Below, one piece after another: positions 12,230 to 24,041 of a DNA stretch of 64,000 nt. The position numbers and the translations under genes were made by a program. Source of the DNA: Octopus sinensis (lineage: Eukaryota); the NCBI RefSeq assembly GCF_006345805.1, contig NC_043022.1:13950001-14014000 (forward strand), written 5' to 3'. The stretch's first letter is position 1. The number at the start of each line of letters is the position of its first letter. The notes under the pieces are model-generated. The model searched no databases. It saw only the letters and a list, made by a program, of their open reading frames with translations, and was not told the origin of the DNA.

Positions 12230-12789
12230 AAAAACTGTATTTTAGACGAAGTTTGTGAAATTAAAATAGAAGAAAATCCGAAATGTTTGCATCTCACAGA
12301 GTAGATAGATGGCGCTGCAAACTGATTTAGATGTCGCTATACCATTTGTCTGCAGCAAGAAATTTGCTCCATGACAAAGTGAACGGCTTATTTACGAGTC
12401 CAAACGTGCCGCAAGCATATTTGAACTGGTAACAATATTGCTAAAATGTTTAATGTAAAATTTCCTATAACCAAAAAAAAAAAAAAAAAAAAAAAATGGT
12501 CGAGAACCACAGATCTATATTTTGTGTTACTAGACATATCCAAGTGTCCCTCGAATCATGTGGATTTGCAAAATTGCTACAGAGGCTCAGACAAAATGTC
12601 TGATTTTTACTTTCAGAATTTTATGTTCTGAATTCAAACTCTGCCAAGTTCCAACTTTGTCCTTCGTCCTTTCGAGGCTGATGAAGTAAGATACCAGTGA
12701 AACACTGGGGGTTGATATTCTAATAAAGCATCTGGGATAGGATTTTTATAGATGCAGGACCACCAAACAGAAACCTTTGAAAAATGTCA

Positions 12790-13510
12790 ACTAATTTATT
12801 TATCTGGGAAGCAATATCGTGTCCACTCTAAAAGACATTAAATTTTGTGTTGGTTAGGCTTGGGCAGCTATAGACGGTCTTAGAACAACTTGGAAGTCAA
12901 CCCTATCAGATAAATTGAAGAGACAGTTCTTCAGAGCAGTTGTAGAATCTGTACTTTATGGATCTCCGACTTGGACTCTCACCAAAACTCAGGTGCATGC
13001 TGGACGGTGCCTACACCAGGATATTATGTGCAGTGCTCGACATCTCTTGGAGGAAATATCCAACAAAACAACGGTTATATGTTTCATTTTGGGATTTGGT
13101 TTGCAAGATTCTTTATGTGAGTTCGTGTGTTGAAGCATATTCTGTTGTGTCTGGGGAGAGTCAAGACTATTGAAAAGGTTGCAAGACGCAACGAAAATTT
13201 TAGGAAAATAAAAATAAGAAATAAGTGGAAATTTTACTGGTGAGTGTGTTACATTATAAGGCACAAAAAGAAAATGACTCTCCCCAGGCACAACGGTTAT
13301 ATGGGAATGTACCAACCCTCTTATCAACCATCCAAGAGCGGAGATCGAGGTTTGCTGGTCACTGCTGGAGAAGAAAAGAAGAACTTGTGAGTAATGTGTT
13401 GCTGTGAACACCAAATCATGGTAACACAGCAGCTAGAGGACCACAGAAGACGTATATAGAACAGCTTGCAGAAGATGGATGCCAAGTTGAAGACCTAAAA
13501 CTTCCAACAT
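12790..13510 (+). mobile_element. degenerate RTE-clade LINE fragment interrupted by a 208-bp insertion
   Basis: YLGSNI..KRQFFRAVVESVLYGSPTWTL..LDGAYTRIL..LYGNVP..ERRSRFAGHCWR; frame restored by removing 13082-13303. Confidence 0.85.
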
Positions 13511-13990
13511 AGATGCCTCGATAAATAAAAAAGAAGAAAAATAGGTGCAGGCACAACTGTGTGGTTAAGAAGTCTTCTTCTCAACCACACTTGGGTTTAG
13601 GTTCAGTCCCACTACGTGGCACCTTGGACGTGACACCAATGCGGAGCATCTGTAAGCGAATATCAATGCCATATAAACCGTGCCATTCATTTCCAGTCTC
13701 CCCTGAAAAATGTGTTGAGTGAAGGGGAAATATGACTTAGTTTGGAAACAAGTGAAGGTTGGTGACAGGAAGGGCATCCGACTGAGGAAACTCTGCCCCA
13801 ATGAACTCCATCTAACCCATGCAGGCATGGAAAAATGGATGTAAGAACGATGATGATGGTGATGGTCATGGTGGGGATGGTGATAGTTGTGGTAGTGGTG
13901 GTGATGGTCATGGTGATAGTGGGGGTAGTGATGGTGTAGGTGGTGGTGGCAGTGTCAGTGGTATTGGTGTTATAGTGGTGGTACTGGTTT

Positions 13991-14783
13991 GGATCTTTTC
14001 GGTTTGACCAGCAGTTTTTTCTAGCGGTGTCATATGAAATTGTCACCCATAATTATGACCCTAGTATCGATCTATTGCATTTCTATGTTTTAGGGTTAGG
14101 GGTGGGGGGAAGGGTATCTTTTTTTTCTTCAGAAATGTAAATAAACCCAATCTGTTTCTTAAACGAGGGACATATTCATACGGCCACCTCAATAGACGTC
14201 ATTGATTGGTTGAATTTTCAGAAATTGAAGAATAAAAACCAAGAAATATCTTACAAACCATAGAATTTTCTCAATAAAGCCAAGAGAAAAAGATGTTTTA
14301 TAAACACATTCTACCAGTATACGAAGTTTAAAAGTGTTTAGTTACTCTCTTTACTCTTTTACTTGTTTCAGTCATTTGACTGTGGCCATGCTGGAGCACC
14401 GCCTTTAGTTGAGCAAATCGCCAGGACTTATTCTTTGTAAGCCCAGTACTTATTCTATCGGTCTCTTTTTGCCGAACCGCTAAGTAATGGGGACGTAAAC
14501 ACACCAGCATCGGTTGTCAAGCAATGCTAGGGGGACAAACACAGACACACAAACATACACTTATATATAAATACATATATACGACAGGCTTCTTTCAGTT
14601 TCCGTCTACCAAATCCACTCACAAGGCATTGGTCGGCCCGGGGCTATAGCAGAAGACACTTGCCCAAGATGCCACGCAGTGGGACTGAACCCGGAACCAT
14701 GTGGCTGGTTAGCAAGCTACTTACCACACAGCCACTCCTGCGGAAGTTATTTTAAAAATCTGCCGGTCAAAGCGAAAAGATCC
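13991..14783. mobile_element. GG-ended TIR element with 8-bp TSD, containing a nested SINE-A (14343-14742, minus)
   Basis: GGATCTTTTCGGTTTGACC...GGTCAAAGCGAAAAGATCC; flanks ACTGGTTT and ACTGGTTG. Confidence 0.75.
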
Positions 14784-15248
14784 ACTGGTTGTAGTGGCGA
14801 TGGTAGTGACGGTGGTGATGATAGTGATGATAGTGATGGTGGTGGTGAAATGAAATTATATCACAAGACTCCCCACTGCCTTACATAAAGACAAGGCACA
14901 TAAATTTAGTCCTACATGACCTTGCAAAAAAAAAAAGCCAAAAAAAAGGAAGGATCGGTTACAGCTGAAATTGATGACCCCTGATCAGATTTCTTTCGCA
15001 ATCAGAGCTTTGTCACGTGATAGGTGATGACGGCGATGTTGGCGCCTTGGTGTTTCTTGCCAAATGCCGGCCACTTGATCCGGCCTTTTGATAATCTTCT
15101 TTAGTAAAAACACATTCTTCACATAGTTGACACTGTTTGATAAAAGCTTAGAGATTCTTTTTTCAAAGACCAGAAAATATTTCAGCCCCCGAACAGAGAG
15201 TTATTTCATACTTCGCTTAGAATTAAACTAGACAAAAAGAAGAGGCGA

Positions 15249-15262
15249 TACACACACACACA

Positions 15263-15303
<41 letters not shown>

Positions 15304-16220
15304 GCACACACACACGCACACACACGCACACACACACACACGCACACACACACACACACACGCACACACACACACATACACGCACACACACACACACACA
15401 CACAAACACACGCACACACACACGCACACACAAACACACGCACACACACACGCACACACACACACGCACACACGCACACGCACACACATACACACACACG
15501 TGGATAGAGACACACGTATATACAGTGACACATACACATATAATTGGACACTCACGCATACACATATACACAAAGGCATGCATATACGTTGACACACACA
15601 CACACGCATATACGTATACACACGGACACATACACACACACGCATATACGTATACACACGGACACGCACATATACATGGACACACACACACACATACACG
15701 GACACTCACTCATACACATATACATATACACACGGGCATGCATATACGTTGACACACACACACACGCATATACGTATACACACGGACACACACATATACA
15801 TGGACACACACACACACGTACACGGACACACACATATACACAGGGACACATTTACACATACACAAGGATATACATGGTACACGAACACACAAATACACAC
15901 ACATATGTACGGACACACGCACATACACATACACACACATACACCTATACACAGGCAGCACACATATATAGTCACGCACATATACATGGACACACCCATA
16001 CACAGAGGAGACAAGCAGATACATGGACATACACAGACACGCATCCACATATACATGGAGACACACACATACACACGGACCCAGATACATTCTAGATCAA
16101 ACCCAAGATAATGTTGTTAGACCAGGAAGAAAGCACGCGCATACACACACACACCACACCAAACCTATACGGCACATACACATGCATACACATACATATA
16201 CACCCACACATACCACACCT
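15249..16220. repeat. compound (CA)n/(CACG)/(TACA) micro- and minisatellite
   Basis: Direct inspection; source of spurious VC/TH-rich ORFs. Confidence 0.95.
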
Positions 16221-16279
16221 TTGGTCTACCACAAAGTATTTTTCAGTCCATCCCCTCTCTTTCATACCATATAACTTCA

Positions 16280-17665
16280 AGTTACTACAAAGATGATGCC
16301 CTCGCCTTAACAGCTAATACAAATGGACCAGCACAAGATCGTTTTAGGAAGGATATTATCCAGTTAATGAAACACTTCGGACTTAGTATAACTATAGACA
16401 CTAACCTGACGGTTGTCAATTTCTTAGACGTTTCCTTAGATCTTAATAATAATATTTATAAGCCTTATAGGAAGCCCAATGATAGACTAAGTTATATTAA
16501 TGTAGGTTCATGCCATCCCCCTATAGTATTCAAAAATTTAGTTAAAAATATTAGTAAGAGGATTTCTAGCCTCTCATCTAATGAGGACATCTTCAATAGC
16601 GTTGCCCCAGTTTATAATAAAGCTTTAAAAGATAGTGGTTTTAGCGAAAAAATAAAATATACACCTATCACCAGCCCAACAATAAGGAAAAGGAATAATA
16701 GAAATAGGAAGGTCATCTGGTTTACGCCCCCTTACTCACCCGAGGTGGCCTTCAATATAGGTAAATATTTCCTAGCACTGATAGATAGACATTTTCCAGT
16801 TAACCATGCTTATAGGAAACTCTTCAATAAACAATTTAAAAATTAGTTTTAGTTCAACTACCAATTTTAAAAACATAATCAATCATAACATACAAAAAAC
16901 ACAAGAAGAAAACAGCTGTTCATGCAGGAATAAAGAATTGTGCCCGCTAAATGGAGCTTGCATGTCCAAGACCATCATATATGAAGCTACCGTAAACTCT
17001 ATAACCACTAAAGACACCGTTTCGACGAAGAAATACGTGGGCCTGACAGAGGGTAATTTCAAGGCCAGGTTCAATAACCACACTTTGAGCTTTAGGCACT
17101 GGAACAAAAGAAAAGCGACACAATTATCCAATCATATTTGGTCTTTAAGAGATAAAGGTGTCGATTATAACATACAATGGAAGATTTTGGCCAGATGTAA
17201 GCCCTATACTAACGGCAGCGGAAGGTGCAGTTTATGCGACATGGAGAGATGGCTTATCTGGAAAAGCAGCTTAGACCCTACCACATGTCTAAATACAAGG
17301 ACAGAGCTTTTCGGATCATGCCCACATGTGACTAAATTTCTGTTACGTTTTTGGTCCCCTAAAGAAAACGGATAGAACATGCTTTCTGTGTTATGTCCCA
17401 AGAAGATTTTATATATTTTTATATATTTTTATATATTTTTATGTATTTTTATATAATTTTTATGACGAAAAATGCGAGCGATGTATAAGTACGCAGGCAA
17501 AGCAGAGTTATAACAGAGTAATTTCCCTTCATTTTTAACGGTATATTTTTTCATAACGTTTTCAAATAGCCAGATAACCGATGAGATGGTGTTGTGGATT
17601 TCCACTTCGGCATCTGAAACTCAGAGTTTTATCTTGACTACCGAGTAATGTAACATATTGTATAA
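16280..17665 (+). mobile_element. 5'-truncated Penelope-like retroelement (RT C-terminus, C-terminal GIY-YIG endonuclease, 3' pLTR), one frameshift
   Basis: YKDD RT motif at 16286-16297, NFLDVSL..YKPYRKPN..HPP, CxCR..CPLNGAC, IIYEATV..YVGLT..FKARFNNH, CSLC; frameshift near 16830-16846; ends in (TA)n. Confidence 0.92.
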
Positions 17666-17775
17666 TATATATATATATATATATATATATGTAAGTCCCG
17701 GGTTGAGTCGGGGTTAACCACAGTAAATAAGGTAATCAATACATAGCAGAGTAAATTAATTTATTTTATAGAAGG

Positions 17776-17826
17776 AGCTTCTACAGGACTAGAACTGTTT
17801 CATTCAAAAGAAATCATCAGGAAGCT
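17776..17826 (-). ncRNA. type I hammerhead ribozyme in a Penelope-type pLTR fragment (about 17690-18030)
   Basis: AGCTTC-CTGATGA-TTTC TTTT GAAT-GAAAC AG..CT GTA-GAAGCT: 6-bp stem I, 4-bp stem III ACAG/CTGT, GUA cleavage triplet; stem II has a T-T closing mismatch. Confidence 0.7.
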
Positions 17827-18060
17827 AGGTGACAAGAGTAGTTTTGGCATTTATACATTTAGGCAGGTTTAAAGGGGTGGTGGTGGGGGACTTTTTGGGG
17901 TAGGCATGCCGCAAACTATCATTCTTAGGGGAGTGGTCAAAGGAATCGGTTGTAAAGTAGATAAAAGAATAAATAAAAGAATAAAAGAATAAATAGAAAA
18001 ATAGAGTTTTAGGTAAATAAGGAGACTCTCACTTATACATATACATATATATATACATAC

Positions 18061-18101
<41 letters not shown>

Positions 18102-18264
18102 CATGTACATATACACATACACACACACATACACCTATGTATACATATACATACATACATACATATACACACTTATATACATACATAGACATATACATAT
18201 ATACACATACACATACGTACTCATACACACATACACCCATATACACATGTACACATATATATAT

Positions 18265-18307
<43 letters not shown>

Positions 18308-18339
18308 ATGTTAGTTACTGCACGCATTTTTTTCTCTCC

Positions 18340-18505
18340 TTCTTTCTGTGTTTTTTTTCTCTGTGTATCTTTCTGTTGAAGAGCATAGGCTCGAAACGTT
18401 AAAGACTTGTTTTATTTATATTTCCTGAGCGCCATACTAATACAATTGTTTGTTTGTTTTCCACCTGCCTTCGTCTTTTGTCTATTTTCATAAAGCTTCC
18501 CGTTA
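18340..18505 (+). mobile_element. pLTR-like nonautonomous element with degenerate hammerhead core
   Basis: CTGTTGA-AGAGC ATAG GCTC-GAAAC at 18373-18397; reverse homolog at 34262-34445. Confidence 0.55.
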
Positions 18506-18546
18506 TATATATATATATATATATGTATATGAATATATGTATATAT

Positions 18547-18589
<43 letters not shown>

Positions 18590-18636
18590 GCTTAACCCTA
18601 ATATATATATATATATGTATATGAATATATGTATAT

Positions 18637-18695
<59 letters not shown>

Positions 18696-18889
18696 ATCTA
18701 TTATATAAAATCCATTCTGTCTGTGTTTCTGTGTCTTCTAGGATCTCAGGTATCCTCCATCCTATATAGCTCAAATTTGATATGTGGATACTGACGGCAT
18801 CAGGGCGTGTATATAAGTCTTGAAAAAATTACAAAAATCGATTCCAGGTGAGAATGCATGTATATATGCATATATTATATATATGTATA

Positions 18890-19095
18890 CATAGCTAATC
18901 CAAACATGAAAACACTAAGAGAAAACACAACGCGACGACGTGGAACAAATATAGTATTATTGGACGCTCAGGAAGGAAGGGAAGAAGGAGGGTTTAACGT
19001 TTCGAGCTGAGCTCTTCGTCAGTAACATAGGAAAAGGAAAGATCCAAAGAAGGGAAGACGGAGGAAAAAAAATCACCAACGGTATGCAAGTGGAC
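18890..19095 (-). mobile_element. pLTR-like nonautonomous element with hammerhead-like core
   Basis: CTGACGA-AGAGC TCA GCTC-GAAACGTT..AGCGTC at 18963-19022 (minus); homolog at 29633-29840. Confidence 0.6.
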
Positions 19096-19305
19096 AAACG
19101 AAAGAAGGGAACTCAACCAATGTATTGGGAGTTATATGTACAGATCAAAGCAGTTCGATTCAAATTTGTTGGTTTGTTTGAATTAATTAGCCGTCCAATC
19201 CATATATAAGGTCCATGTTTGTTAAATTTGATTTAGTATTTCTAAATTGAATTTTTCCCTGTAAGTTTGGAATAATATTCCCTCATATTATCATTATTAT
19301 ATCTC

Positions 19306-19716
19306 TTTTACGCTTTTATTCTTTTACTTGTTTCAGTCATTTGACTGCGGCCATGCTGGAGCACCGCCTATAATTGAGCAACTCATTCTTTTGTAAGCCC
19401 GGGACTTATTCTTTTGTAAGCCCAGTACTTATTCTATCAGTCTCTTTTGCCGAACCGCTAAGTAACAGGGAAATAAACACACCAGCATCAGTTGTCAAGC
19501 AATGCTAGGGGGTCAAACACATACACACAAACACATATATATATATATACATATATACGATGGGCTTCTTTCAGTTTCCGTCTACCAAATCCACTCACAA
19601 GGCTTTGGTCGGCCCGAGGCTATAGTAGAAGACACTTGCCCAAGTTGCCATGCAGTGGGACTGAACCCAGCACCATGTGGTTGGTAAACAAGCTACTTAC
19701 CACACAGCCACTCCTG

Positions 19717-19717
<1 letters not shown>
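19306..19717 (-). mobile_element. SINE family A
   Basis: Homology to the other A copies. Confidence 0.9.
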
Positions 19718-19758
<41 letters not shown>

Positions 19759-20151
19759 GATAATAATACCAGGGTGGAATTTATAGACAATACATCGCTA
19801 TGTACATTTCTACAGATCAGATGATTTTGACGTCAGAGTCAGAGTCCCTGGGATTTACACAGTAGAGTCTGTATTATCTACAGGCATTATCATTGATCCA
19901 TTTCATCTGGCGGATACTGTATTATGAGATGAAGGATATTTATCCTTTGTTGTCAGTATGAAGGCCAACCTAGCTACGTGAATATTTCTGTATGGTGGTG
20001 GTGGGTATTGGATTTGTTTGCTATTCATTCTGCAGAGTTGAAGGATGGTCATTCGGTCATTCATTCCACAGGTTTTAAGACCTGACTCTCCTCAGTAAAT
20101 TCTGAAATTGAGGAGAGTCGGGTCATGAAATAGAACAAAGAAATATATATA

Positions 20152-20545
20152 GGCGCAGGAGTGGCTGTGTGGTAAGTAGCTTGTTAACCAGCCACATGGT
20201 TCCAGGTTCAGTCCCACTGCGTGGCATCTTGGACAAGTGTCTTCTGCTATAGCCCCGGGCCGACCAATGCCTTGTGAGTGGATTTGGTAGACGGAAACTA
20301 AAAGAAGCCTGTCGTATATATCTACATATATATATAAGTGTGTGTGTATGTGTTTGTCCCCTTAGCATTGCTTGACAACCAATGCTGGTGTGTTTACATC
20401 CCCGTCACTTAGCGGTTTAGCAAAAGAGACCGATAGAATAAGTACTGGGCTTACAAAGAATAAGTCCTGGCGATTTGCTCAACTAAAGGCGGTGCTCCAG
20501 CATGGCCACAGTCAAATGACTGAAACAAGTAAAAGAGTAAAAGAG
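20152..20545 (+). mobile_element. SINE family A
   Basis: Homology to the other A copies. Confidence 0.9.
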
Positions 20546-20944
20546 TATACTACCATCCTCAAAATCCCCCCAGAATGAATAGCAAATAAATCCACGACCG
20601 CCGCCACCACCACACACACCACCATCCCCATGTTACTACCATTGCTCCCTCTACTACCATCACCTACCCCACCACCACCACCACCACCACCAAATACATC
20701 CAGAAATATCCACATAGCTAGGTTGGTCATCATGCTGGCAAGAACGGATAAAGATCCCTCTGTGATTCTTCCATCCAATTGTACAGCATCGTCGGATGAA
20801 ACGGATCAATGATGATGTCCAGGGATAATACAGACTATACTGTACTAATCTCAAGGGTACTGACTCTCATGTCAAAATCACCGTAGCGATGTATCAAATA
20901 TTTATAAATTCCATTCTGGTGTTATTGTTATTATATTTATTCTA

Positions 20945-21342
20945 CACTCGCAGTATCGCTTGGCATTGCTCGGGTTTGTTTCAACCCTTTAGAATTGGAA
21001 TTTTTGAAAAGTAAATACTTTCCATTATGTAGCTTGTTATTCTCTTTTACTGAATATTTTTCTGGTTGAAATACACTGAAAAATGACGCACAGCAGTCAA
21101 AAAATCGTTAAAAAATAGGGATTTTCATAGAAAAAAAAGCACCTTTTTGATGTAAATAATTTTTGGTCTTAACATGGTCCGATTTGAATTTTTTCTTCTA
21201 CGGAAGGAAGAGCAAGCCTTCTTCTATCATACTCTCAATTTTGGTCAACTTGCACCACAGGGTCTCGGAGGAGATAGTGTTAGTTGAAGGCTACTAAACC
21301 TGCCACACACACAGACAACTTCAGCTTTATATATATAGATTA
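20945..21342 (+). mobile_element. nonautonomous Helitron/Helentron-like element
   Basis: Starts ACTCGCAGTATCGCTTGGCATTGCTCGGG (short subterminal inverted repeat), ends ACAGACAACTTCAGCTTTATATATATAGAT; architecture like DINE/HINE elements. Confidence 0.5.
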
Positions 21343-21514
21343 TATTGGTGTCACCATGAATCAACCCTGAAAATCTAACTAACAAGTCAGTATCATTAAA
21401 CGGTAGCCCCGGCATAATGAAATAGGAGCTTTATTTGCATACCTCTAACGTTACCTAAACAGGCACAGGAGTGGCTGTGTGGTAAGTAGTTTGCTTGCCA
21501 ATTAAATTCCAACA

Positions 21515-21770
21515 CTAGAGGGATTGCGGGTTCGAATCTAAGACCGGGTGATGTGTGTGTTTATGAGCGAAACACCTACGCTCCATGCGGCTCCGGCAGA
21601 AGGTAATGGTGAACTTCTGCTGACTCTTTTGCCACAACTTTCTCTCACTCTTTCCTCCTGCATCTTGCAGCTCACCTGCGACAGACCGGCGTCTTGTCCA
21701 GGTGGGGGAACCCATACGCCAAGGAAACCCGCCCTATGAGCCAGGCATGGCTCGAGAAGGAACTGGGGCC
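21515..21770 (-). mobile_element. SINE family B variant
   Basis: Homolog of 46046-46358. Confidence 0.7.
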
Positions 21771-22703
21771 AATGTAATGAGCTTGGCCCCTTCGATAAAA
21801 TAATACTAGCTGTGCATTGGGGTTGGGGCAATTGGCTTAGCCCCCTCTCTCCCCTGAAGTTGCTTGCCTTGTGCCATAACTTGAAACCAATATCTGCAAT
21901 TTTACAGTTTGCTTTCACAATAATAAGCATTGTTATCTTTTTATGCTGCAGAACCTCACAGTACAAGCATCAATATTGTCTTATACTGAAGAACCAACAG
22001 AGTGGACCAAAAATAAAACCACAACTTTTCACATCCACGAAAACTATTTCAGGAGCGAACATAAAATAAACACTAATCCAAATCATAATGGCAATTAAAC
22101 ACTAATCCAAGCCATAATTGTAATTAAAATAAATGGTAATGTATTAGCTACATGAAGAGCTTATTACCATCTGCCTATCTTCTCTAGTGCCACGTCTTTG
22201 ACCATGTAAAATGTAGGAGGTTATTCTGCCGCATTTTGTACACTCCAATGGTTTTATCCAGTCAATATAGCATCTACACGTTATAGTTTAAATCAGTCGA
22301 TATCCCCAAAAGCTATGGACTTTTTAAGAGTCAATATCCTTGATGCTTGCTTTCGTGGGCCGCTCAATGTGTGCTTTCGGTAGAGTTTATATGTTTAGCG
22401 TTTCGACTTTATTAAATCAGCAAAGAGATAATATGGAGGAAGGATGTGAGAAATAACATGAAGAAAATCCATAACAACAAAGGGATGCACTCCGACCCGT
22501 TCCCCTTGTTTGGTCCGAAACGGGGTGGGGGGGAAGAGAAACAAAAGAAGAGCAAAATGAAAGACAATGAATATACGAGTTGTAATTAGATCTTCTGCCA
22601 TTTGGATTGACTCCCTGACTTTCTCTCCTCTTCATATCTGGCTATTTGGCCATCCCTATCTCTCTCTCTCTCTCTATACCCCCTACATATATATACATAT
22701 ATT

Positions 22704-22724
<21 letters not shown>

Positions 22725-22755
<31 letters not shown>

Positions 22756-22851
22756 CCTCCCCACAAATATATAGGTATGTTTGTTTATATACTTATAGAT
22801 ATTTGTATATAATATGCATACAAGCATACATACATATATATATATATATTA

Positions 22852-22889
<38 letters not shown>

Positions 22890-22913
22890 ATATATATATG
22901 ATATGTATGTGTG

Positions 22914-22962
<49 letters not shown>

Positions 22963-23000
22963 GTGTGTGTATATATATATTATATATATATATGTATGTA

Positions 23001-23043
<43 letters not shown>

Positions 23044-23296
23044 GTATATGTATGTATGTATTTTAAACATACTACATACTTTTTCTATATCTACATTAGA
23101 GCTATCTAGTTACCTTTATATATATAGCTATCCATCTATATATTACCTATCTATCTATCACTCTACCTACCTACTTATCTATCTACCTACTACCCCTACT
23201 TACCTATCTCTCCATCTCTCTCTCTCTATATATATTATTTTATACATATATATCTAACCCATCTAACTATATAGATATATCTATATCTACATCTAT

Positions 23297-23330
<34 letters not shown>

Positions 23331-23528
23331 ACACCACACACACATGTATGCATATTTATGTACCATTCCTTACATACTTAAGTCTTTTATTTGTTTTTAC
23401 ACCAAGCATTCTATACACACACACACACCACACACATATATATATATATATATATACCTCCCCACAAATATATAGGTATGTTTGTTTATATACTTATAGA
23501 TATTTGTATATATATGCATACAACATAC

Positions 23529-23573
<45 letters not shown>

Positions 23574-23602
23574 ATATATATATGATATATATGTATGTAT
23601 GG

Positions 23603-23652
<50 letters not shown>

Positions 23653-23992
23653 GTGTGTGTGTATATATATATATATATTATATATATGTATGTATGTGGG
23701 TGGTGTATATATATATAATATATATATGTATGTATGTGTATATGTATGTATGTATTTTAAACATACATACATACTTTTTCTATATCTACATTTAGAGCTA
23801 TCTAGTTACCTTTATATATATAGCTATCCATCTATATATTTACCTATCTATCTATCACTCTACCTACCTACTTATCTATCTACCTACCTACCTACTTACC
23901 TATCTCTCCATCTCTCTCTCTCTATATATATATTTATACATATATATCTATACCCATCTAACTATATAGATATATCTATATCTACATCTATA

Positions 23993-24041
<49 letters not shown>

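Noticed and set aside
14090-14105. TTAGGG telomeric motif
   Set aside because: Only one or two copies, inside a TIR element; not an array
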